A stretch of DNA of 62,682 nt, counting the filler, from Welwitschia mirabilis (lineage: Eukaryota): NCBI GenBank assembly GCA_051453625.1. It is 4 parts of one record of this genome, joined end to end, with 100 filler letters (N's around TTAATTAATTAA, not from the genome) between each part and the next. Parts side by side here need not be neighbours in the genome. Positions count along the whole stretch, not along the records: positions 53,412 to 62,682 come from JBOZIK010000001.1; 3 more parts are not named here. One strand, 5' to 3'. The notes under the pieces were generated by a model that was not told where the DNA came from, did not search any database, and saw only the letters and a list, made by a program, of their open reading frames with translations. A program made the position numbers and the translations under genes. Each line of letters starts with the position of its first letter. Within the stretch, counting starts at the first letter, position 1. Of the stretch, positions 53,412-62,682 are shown one piece after another.

Positions 53412-56400
53412 TCTCTCCGCTATTGATCTTCTCTCTGATTTTACTAATAAGCATAGCCTTAGAGATCTTCCTATTCACGGTGCTTCTTATACTTGGAGTA
53501 ATCTCAGGGAAGATGAAAATCTTGTTATGTCAAGAAGTGATAGATGTTTAGTCAAAAACGTTAATGAGCATTTCTTTTTTAAAGCTAGAGCTAGATTCTT
53601 TTTCGATCACAGGTCCATAATCCTCATAATGAACTCTCCTCAAAAGAAGTCTCTCTTCCATTTTGAGTAGTCCTGGTTGAAAGATCCAAACTACATTGAA
53701 TTCGTCAATCATATTTGAAATACTCTGGTGAAAGGTAATGCTACTTACAACTTGTTTCAAAAGTCAATTTTAAGGCATGAATCAATTATTTGGAAGAAAT
53801 AGTTAAATGATTCCTTTAGAAATACTAAGAATNNNNNNNNNNNNNNNNNNNNNNNNNNNNNNNNNNNNNNNNNNNNNNNNNNNNNNNNNNNNNNNNNNNN
53901 NNNNNNNNNNNNNNNNNNNNNNNNNNNNNNNNNNNNNNNNNNNNNNNNNNNNNNNNNNNNNNNNNNNNNNNNNNNNNNNNNNNNNNNNNNNNNNNNNNNN
54001 NNNNNNNNNNNNNNNNNNNNNNNNNNNNNNNNNNNNNNNNNNNNNNNNNNNNNNNNNNNNNNNNNNNNNNNNNNNNNNNNNNNNNNNNNNNNNNNNNNNN
54101 NNNNNNNNNNNNNNNNNNNNNNNNNNNNNNNNNNNNNNNNNNNNNNNNNNNNNNNNNNNNNNNNNNNNNNNNNNNNNNNNNNNNNNNNNNNNNNNNNNNN
54201 NNNNNNNNNNNNNNNNNNNNNNNNNNNNNNNNNNNNNNNNNNNNNNNNNNNNNNNNNNNNNNNNNNNNNNNNNNNNNNNNNNNNNNNNNNNNNNNNNNNN
54301 NNNNNNNNNNNNNNNNNNNNNNNNNNNNNNNNNNNNNNNNNNNNNNNNNNNNNNNNNNNNNNNNNNNNNNNNNNNNNNNNNNNNNNNNNNNNNNNNNNNN
54401 NNNNNNNNNNNNNNNNNNNNNNNNNNNNNNNNNNNNNNNNNNNNNNNNNNNNNNNNNNNNNNNNNNNNNNNNNNNNNNNNNNNNNNNNNNNNNNNNNNNN
54501 NNNNNNNNNNNNNNNNNNNNNNNNNNNNNNNNNNNNNNNNNNNNNNNNNNNNNNNNNNNNNNNNNNNNNNNNNNNNNNNNNNNNNNNNNNNNNNNNNNNN
54601 NNNNNNNNNNNNNNNNNNNNNNNNNNNNNNNNNNNNNNNNNNNNNNNNNNNNNNNNNNNNNNNNNNNNNNNNNNNNNNNNNNNNNNNNNNNNNNNNNNNN
54701 NNNNNNNNNNNNNNNNNNNNNNNNNNNNNNNNNNNNNNNNNNNNNNNNNNNNNNNNNNNNNNNNNNNNNNNNNNNNNNNNNNNNNNNNNNNNNNNNNNNN
54801 NNNNNNNNNNNNNNNNNNNNNCAATGAAGAAACTTACTGAAAATAACGATCTAGAATCGAATGACATAAAGAAGAAAACCACAACACAAAATTCTTCTTC
54901 TAGATACCAAACAGACATAGGAAAAAGAAATAGTATTCAATGGAGCAGGTTTCCAATGTGCTGTAAGTATAATGCTCAGATTGTTGATTCCTTTGTTGAA
55001 TGCTTTCAGAATTTATTTACAAAGAAGCTGTTGGTTCTCAGTAGTGTTCTAGCTGATCCTCCTATTACTACAAAACAAAATATTATTTGAGGCAAAGAGT
55101 CACTGAGGAGGAAATTTGGAATACCATTCACTCTATGAAAAAGAACAAGGCGCTGGGTATTAATGGCTTCACTATAGAGTTCTATCAGACATTTTGGAAT
55201 ATTATCAAAGTTGATGTTTGTGCTGCAAATTCAGGAAGCTTTTCAGAAAGGTACTTTTTATAAACCTTTCAATGACACTCTCCTCACTCTCATTTCTCAA
55301 ATAGAAAACACAGAAAGTCCTCACCAACATAGGTCAATTCAGTCTTTGCAATGTTTTCTCTAAGATTTGCACTAAGATTATTGTAGACAGGTTCTAAGTT
55401 CTTCTCTTAGATATGATTCTCTCATTCTAATCTGGTTTTATTTCACGAAAAGTCATCCATGATAACATAATTTTCACTAATGAAATCCTTCATCTACCTC
55501 ACAGAATACAGATACCTGCAATGTTCCTTAAGCTTGATATAGCTAAAGCGTTTAATACAGTCTAGTGAAAAACAGTAGAGTATGCGTTACAGGAGCACGG
55601 TGTACCCGCATCGTTCAAACACCTCATTCACTTCTATATCTTGACGGCAACTTTCTCTGTTATGGTAAACGAGGAGAGATACAGCTACTTTCAAGGCAAC
55701 AGTGGCCCACGTCAATAAGACCCCCTTTCTCCTTGTATTTTTGTTCTTGTAATGACTCTTTAGCCCTTCTTTTCATTCAGAATTAGAACCAGATTTCTGC
55801 CACTGAGCTAGCCTCTTCATATTCCATCCTTCAATTCGCAGATAATACTTTTTTGTCTAGACTTCAGCCTCCCAAAGGCAAGGCACACTCACAATTTATT
55901 AAATAAGTTCCACAATTTCTCAGGTCTTGTAATAAATTGGAACAAATCAAAGCTCTTTCTTATCAACACCCCTCAAGCAAGGAAGACAGCTATCTCTCAG
56001 GTTTTTTAGTGCTCGCAAGCCAAATTTCCTAATGCCTATCTTGGTCTTCCTTTTGACTTAGATCAGATTGCTAATAATATTTGGCCTTCTTTAGTGAGGA
56101 AACTTATAGCTTGGTTAACTAGATGGGAAAACAATTTTTTATTAAGTGAAAGGAAAGTTCTTCTTGCCAAATCTTACTTAGTAAGTATGACCATTTACCT
56201 CACTAGTTGTTTTCCTATAAATAATCAGTATGTCAGCATGATAGATAATATTATTCAAGATTTTATTTGATTAGATGGCAAGTCCCACAAGAAGCTTTAC
56301 CATGTAAACTTTGATCAAATTGCCATGCCAAAGAAAGCAGGTAGTATAGGCATTAGAAAAACTATGGATATAAGTAAATGTATTCTTGCTGAGCACTACT

Positions 56401-57008
56401 GTAGATTTTTGTCTAATAACAACATTCTCTGAGTCAGATTCTTCAAAGAAGATTATGATGATAAAGCAAGGCATTCCACTTTTTGAAAGCACGTGATCCA
56501 TTCTACCAGAGAGGTTTGGCCTTAGATTTATGAAAATCAATTTTTTCCTATCAACAATTGCAAAATCAGCATATCAGTTATTTATCATAATTTGTTGGAG
56601 TATGATCATAGATGAAAGAAATTATGGAAGGTAAATAACCCAAAGAAAATTAAAATGTTTTGGTGGTATATGGTGAAAGGATGTATTTTCATAGCAGATA
56701 AGCTTATTCAAAGAAATTTAAGAGTTGATCAAGATTGTCCAATGTGTTATGAAGATAATGAGTCTCAAAATCATCTTTTTATTTAATGGACTCTTGTGAA
56801 AGATCTATGAAAAGGGCTAAATATCTCTCCTCCTTCTCACATTAGCTTGGATACCTTTACATATTTTAGGAAAAAATCCTTCATGATTGTTGGTGATTAG
56901 CTCTTATGGAAACATAAATGCGACACTATTTTTCAGTAGGGAAAATTATCCATGCTAAAGTTGAAATTTAAAATTATTAGACAGATTAAAGAACTAGATC
57001 AAATCTAG
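53412..57008 (+). pseudogene. L1 ORF2 remnant: endonuclease, RT, zf-RVT
   Basis: LRDLPIHGASYTWSN...SRSDRCL...FDHRSI (APE); LGINGFTIEFYQTFWNIIK, LKLDIAKAFNTV, RQ*DPLSP, LQFADNT (RT); PKKIKMFWW...CPMCYEDNESQNHLF (zf-RVT); LLWKHKCDTIF; stop near 57006-57008. Confidence 0.92.
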
Positions 57009-57158
57009 TTCCATAAAAATTGTGGTAGCCCAAACCCTACAAACAGGACCGTGCCTAATTTGCAAGAGAACATGCAATAGAAAGCATCTAAAACATGCTA
57101 GAGAGGAGCATTTGAATCATGCTTGAGCATCCGCAGTGACAGCAATGCGCCAGAAGAT

Positions 57159-58016
57159 ATGGGGAAGGTTCTGAGGACTGAAATTGCTAAGCACAATGCA
57201 CTACTGCATCATGAGTAAATGTGGGAGGCCTTTCAAGCAGCTGGAGAGGATTCTTATGTTCCTATTATTAAAGGACATGATCCTCATCTCTCTAAACAAT
57301 TTTTCAGAAAGTAAACTGGCAGATCCTCTCGAATATGTAACACCACCATTTTTATTGATATTCCATCTATTAGTAATGCCATCCGCATAAGTCTATAAGG
57401 AATAGAGTTAAAAAGAGGAACCCCAAAGGCTTCATTTGTTCCTCACTTTGAGAGATTAATTGATAAAAACCTTAAAAAGAGAGGTGGAAGCTACAAAAGG
57501 AAGGATTTATTCAGGCCATTTAATTCTTTGGCTACTTTAACCATGAAATACTTTGAAGGGCCACTTTGACAAGATCAATGAATTGCACTTTCATTTTCTT
57601 GCTGCCATGCTAGAGAGTTTCAAATAGATCTTCCTTTCTTTCTCTCTGACTCTCTCCACTACTCCCTTCAAAGCAAAAAGGTACGTTATAACGGATTGAC
57701 TTGGTTGCTTTATCAAAGGAAAATGTAGATTGATGCGGGCATCTTAGCTTGGGAAGATATCCTAAGAAGACCTATGCAAAAGCTATTGATGTGGGATCCT
57801 TCGAAATATAGAGAAAGTAATGAAGAGTATGGCTTCCTAGTGCCCACAAGGCACACTGACGATGTGTCAAACACAGAACAAATAGAGCAGGAGTAGTATG
57901 AAGAAGAATCTATGAAGGAAGAAGAACAAGAAGAAGAAGAAAACATTCAAGAGGAAACTAAACCTCTAACTCCGTCCCCTATTGCCCAAATCCCTCCCCC
58001 CTCCCCCCTAAACTCT
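57159..58016 (+). pseudogene. Decayed accessory ORF downstream of L1 ORF2, copy 1
   Basis: MGKVLRTE...GHDPHLSKQFFRK*TG...IDIPSISNAIRI...MKYF/EGHFDKINELHFHFL/IDLPFFLSDSL...YNGLTWLLY, then Glu-rich and Pro-rich tails; several stops and about two frameshifts. Confidence 0.6.
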
Positions 58017-58117
58017 NNNNNNNNNNNNNNNNNNNNNNNNNNNNNNNNNNNNNNNNNNNNNNNNNNNNNNNNNNNNNNNNNNNNNNNNNNNNNNNNNNNN
58101 NNNNNNNNNNNNNNNNC

Positions 58118-58973
58118 TAAATAATTTTTCAGAAACTAAAATGGCAGATCCTCTTGACTAGGTAACACCACCATTTTTATTGATATTCCATCTATTAGTA
58201 ATGCCATCCGCATAAGTCCACAAGGAATAGAGTTAAAAACAAGAACCCTAAAGGCTTCATTTGTTCTTCACTTTGAGAGATTAATTGATAAAAACCTTAA
58301 AACGAGAGCGGAAGCTACAAAAGAAAGGATTTATTCAAGCCATTTGATTCTTGAGCTATTTTAATCATGAAATACTTCACCTTGGAGGGCCACTTTGACA
58401 AGATCAATGAATTGCACTTTCATTTTCTTGTTGACATGATGGAGAGTTTCAAATAGATCTTCCTTTCTAATTTGATTACTTTATCAAGGATTAATTTGAT
58501 TACTTTATCAAAGAAAAATGCAGATTAACATAGGCATCTTAGCTAAGCATGATATCCCAAGAGGACTTATGCAAAAGCCATTTCTATGGGATCTACTAAA
58601 GTATACAGAAAGTGACAAAGAACGTGGCCTTCCCGTGCCCGCAAGGTGCATTGATGACACACTAGACACAGAGCAAACAAAGCAAGAGCAATATGAAGAA
58701 GAAGCTATGGAGNNNNNNNNNNNNNNNNNNNNNNNNNNNNNNNNNNNNNNNNNNNNNNNNNNNNNNNNNNNNNNNNNNNNNNNNNNNNNNNNNNNNNNNN
58801 NNNNNNNNNNNNNNNNNNNNNNNNNNNNNNNNNNNNNNNNNNNNNNNNNNNNNNNNNNNNNNNNNNNNNNNNNNNNNNNNNNNNNNNNNNNNNNNNNNNN
58901 NNNNNNNNNNNNNNNNNNNNNNNNNNNNNNNNNTTTGAATACCACAAAGACTTCTACTGTGCTGGAAATCTAG
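58118..58973 (+). pseudogene. Second, diverged partial copy of the accessory ORF
   Basis: 58118-58712 is collinear with ~57293-57915 and retains 5 nt missing from copy 1 (KYFTLEGHFDK); a possible stop at 58971-58973 lies after an N gap. Confidence 0.55.
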
Positions 58974-59252
58974 TTCTTGAGCCTTTTTGCAAATCTTCCT
59001 TTTTTGAGTTAATATAATCTATTTACCATTTCTCAAAAAAAAAAGTGCTTTGCATTTTAATATTAAGATCCATTGCATAACAAGCATCAAGTAACTAATA
59101 TCACACAACGAAAATCAAAATAAGGTTTAACATTGTAAGAAAATCATCACAATAGTTTTCGCACTAGAAGGGGGATATTAAGCAAAACACCACATAACAA
59201 AGTCAAAAATCAATTTGACATTGAGAAATTTAGCTAAATAGTTTGGCGTTAC

Positions 59253-59407
59253 AAACTTAGTGAAACCCAGTGAAATTCAGTTAGACTTAATCAAACCTAG
59301 TCAACACCAAGTCATCAAACTCAGTTAAACTATCAAACGTAGTCAAAGTTAATCAAATTTAGTCAAGCTCCATTAAATAGTTGAATTTAGTCAAATTTAG
59401 TTAAATC
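59253..59407. repeat. Degenerate ~10-bp tandem repeat (AAACTYAGTC-like)
   Basis: aaacttagtg aaacccagtg aaattcagtt agacttaatc aaacctagtc ... aaatttagtc aaatttagtt. Confidence 0.6.
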
Positions 59408-60599
59408 CCACTATGAAAACATTGTCAAACTAAAGCTAATTACCTATCATTGAGTGATGTTTGAACTAATACTTTGTTTAACAAAAAAAAAAAAAAAAAA
59501 TCTGGTAAACAATAAAGAAGGAAAGCAGGGCATTACCTGACACCCTAATGCAATGCTATTTGGATGTAGGTAGGATTTAAACTTCAACATTTATAAGTTT
59601 GCACTTAATTTAAATCCAAATTCCTGGGTAGTTATGGTAATTATTATGATACACAGTCTGCATTCATAAGAGTTTTACACAATGGTGAAACAGCATGCGT
59701 GTCTTTCAATCAATTCATTTGAAGGCAAAGCAAGTGAGATTTAGAACTTGTAAAATGTTCATTTATCTCTCCTGAGGCCTTTGATGGGTTACTTATAGTA
59801 GTGTTGTGATCTGGTTATTGTTTAGTCTTTTTGGATACCTTTACCCTTCTATAATCTTGAACGCCTGCATGCATTAAATTCCATGGGCAAATAATTAACC
59901 TTGTGTGAATTCCCCACTTGCAGACATGGAAGGTGACTGTATTTGATTGTGAACCCATAAATCTCTTAAAAATACTTGGCTACGGATTTCATTATTGAAT
60001 TTTTGTTAACCCAGAACCTACATCTGAGAAACTGAAGATCAGACTCCAAAGTTAATGGAAAACAGAATTGGGTTTTCTCTTAGTGAAATAAATTTGGACC
60101 TTAGCACTTAAGTGGGCTAAGATGTTAACCCAGAAATGAAGAAACATAATGATGGAAGAACTTTCAACAAACACCAACATTAGCAGCTCTATGATAGAGC
60201 AAGTATGAGTCCTCGCTTCTTTCATTGTGCGTCACCTCCCCCTTACCTTGTCCTCTTTCTTGCATCACCCATTGTATCCTACACCTTTAACACCATGACC
60301 ATGTGCAGCACACTTCTCATTGTCCTTCATGAATACCCTCTATATTTAATGCCTGATCCCCACTCCACTTTGGCCAAACATCCAGCTGGCAGTGTCACCA
60401 ATGGACGTTGTAATATCACCACAACCGCAGTTGAAAATTAGAACTACCACACTTATCCATGCTTTGAAAAAAAAAGGCACTTGGCTCATGCTTTCCCTTT
60501 TCGTGCATAAATATGAGGCAGCACTGAGTCAACATGAAGTGTTTCTCTCGGATTTTTGGCGATCCAAGAGCTCGTTCGTAATATATATCATGAGTTGTT

Positions 60600-62682
60600 C
60601 ATGCGAATTGCAAACTAGAAAAATAGGAGCATTTTTTATCTGCATCTAAAGAAAAGACAAGAATCCATAGAAATCAAGTGTTTAAACCAAAGGGAAAATA
60701 TAGAGATGCCTTAAAGAAAGGGATAGGCGTCAAAGAAGGGAATAGTGAAAAACGCCAGAGTGATGAAAAGCAATACAACAGGGAGGGGAATGCATCAGAG
60801 AAAATGTCACTTATAGAAAAACAGAATCATAAAAAAAAGAGGCCTGTTAGATTAGGGGCATCTAGATTAAAAAAACACAGGAACATGGAATAAAAACAAA
60901 AAAAATGGAGGGAAAATATAAAAAGATCAAAGGGTAGACATCAAAAGGGTGGCCATCACCACACAAAGGAGGAACTTTCACAAAGAACCAGAGGGCAGAT
61001 CATAATGTATCAAGAGTGACACAGCATCAAGGAACATATTAAAATTACAACAAGGCTACAACTAAAAAAACAACACATTCAAAAAAATGAGGGCTAAGAA
61101 AGCTTCAAGGAAGACATTCTAAGAGAGATTCTCATAGAGGCAGAGACAAAAGAAGCGCAGCAAGACTGCGTTTGTGGGAAGACATCTTGGTGGAAAAGAA
61201 AAGGGTTAGCAGATTACAATGCATTAGGGAGGCAAGATTCAAAATTATAGGTTTTTCTTGTAATTAATATGAAAACAAATATCTAATGTTGCAAGAAGAA
61301 TTCCATAACATTTTGGTGCTAAAAGAAGGCTTTAGCTAATACACCATACAATGAAATCGAAAATCAATTTGAAATTGTGAAATCTATGTTGGTGCTAGAA
61401 GAAGGGCACCTCATATAGGTTTCTATTGTTTTGTTTGACCTTTTATTCTTGGTCTACCTGTTTACCTTGTCTACCACCTCATCGCAAAATGAAACACCCA
61501 CTATACCAATTTCAACAAGAGGCAATAAGGCCTATATTTCTGAGGATGAGTGCAAGTTTATCATTCAACAAGACCCCTCTATCCTAAACCTTGATTAACT
61601 TCATGCTATTGTAGACTAAGGGAGTAATTGGAAATCCTACTTATTCCATCCTTTTGAAAGAGCTAAATCAATAGTTCTGAAAAGACTATAATTAGTGGAC
61701 AACAAGAAGAGTAATATCCTCCCAAATAACCCTTTCTCTCAAAAAGACAATGAAGATAAGGATTTCATAAATGAATGGGATAATGATGAAAAACAAAAAA
61801 CATTAGAAAAACCCAGATCATAGATTCCAAGGAAAGATTATGATGATAATAGCTTGTTTAAGTACTCAATTAATGAGGAAGAATCATCAAAATTGAAACA
61901 GATTGGAAACAAAACCTTTGGTCAACTAGATCTAATGAGTCTATGGGAGGCTACTAATGACATTAAACAAGGCCTCTAAAACAAGAGGATCTATCTTGAG
62001 ATAGACTTTGACAATTCACTTATTTATTCTTCTATTCCTTGCAAGATCATTTCACCTAGTAAAATGCTGGACTTCAAGAAGTTCATGAGTGTCGAACACC
62101 CTATTATGCATGTTAGAAACTACAAACATGCATGCCATATGTATAACGTTGAGTGAGACATAGCTTACCATTTATTCTGTTAGTTTTTAAAACAACAAGC
62201 ACTTGAATGGTATCATTGCATACCTATCCATTCGATCATAAGTCTAAAGCAACTATTGCAAATTTTTATTTAGCATTACTCCATTAACATCACAAAACAA
62301 ATGATGTTAGATGCCTTGACTATAATCAAACAATAATTTAAAGAAATAATACAAGAATATGTATGATGATGGAAGGTCTTTGCCTTGCAACTAGAAACCC
62401 CCATTGTAGATTCTAATATAGCATATCTCTTTGTCAAGTCGTGCATTCCATACATTTCTGAACATTTTAGAATGCAACCATTTCAATCCTTTGAAGAAGC
62501 TATCACATTAGCAAAAAGAATCTGAAGAAATATTGGGAGAAATCCCTTTTATTCAATCTATCAAAGTATTTACAATACCCACTTATTTATAGGACACAGG
62601 TCCTCTACAACGAAATGCCTAATCAATGTGGGATTTAAGGAAATAACATAAAATAGCAAATTATGGGGCTAGTAGCAATTAC
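60600..62682 (+). mobile_element. Tat/Retand/Ogre-group Gypsy, 5' end: LTR end, PBS, gag remnant
   Basis: LTR-like sequence ends ...ATAACA at 61310 (left boundary approximate); PBS-like tggtgctaaaagaagg at 61314; gag KMLDFKKFMSVEHPIMHVRNY...FLKQQALEWY...SIISLKQLLQIF...EYV**WK at ~62050-62450. Confidence 0.75.

Larger units (their letters stand above)
53412..59044 (+). mobile_element. L1-clade LINE, 5' end in a gap; probable poly(A) end at 59035-59044
   Basis: ORF2 domains (below); 3' end ttaatataat...tttctc(A)10 is typical of plant L1 tails. Continuity across N gaps is assumed. Confidence 0.7.

Noticed and set aside
532..55090. Long ORFs in the ORF track (e.g. 373, 337, 427 aa)
   Set aside because: Their length comes from reading through N runs.

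Overview
AT-rich land-plant nuclear DNA from a gapped draft assembly, made almost entirely of nested, decayed transposable elements; no intact host gene, RNA gene or CRISPR array is supported. In order: the 5' part of a CACTA transposon (1-6981, minus) carrying a Copia RNase H scrap, a PPR-gene fragment and a possible F-box/LRR relic; a small pol-less Gypsy-like LTR element with a 25-unit 51-bp (17-codon) array; a pol-less minus-strand LTR element with an iMet-type PBS; a truncated Tork/Tnt1-like Copia; a tRNA-derived SINE; a full-length Copia with 166-bp LTRs ending TG...TA and a perfect TTTAA TSD; two Athila-like pol remnants; SIRE-like Copia sequence with three env-like ORF copies; an L1 LINE; and the 5' end of a Tat/Retand-like Gypsy with tRNA-Asn PBS motifs. 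The best novelty candidates are a decayed extra ORF between L1 ORF2 and a poly(A) tail, the two-subtype 17-codon array, a 55-bp GC-rich palindromic insert in SIRE gag, and host-gene capture by the CACTA element. All family calls come from motif recognition by eye; no searches were run. Several duplications flanking N gaps and the TTAATTAATTAA linkers are assembly artefacts.
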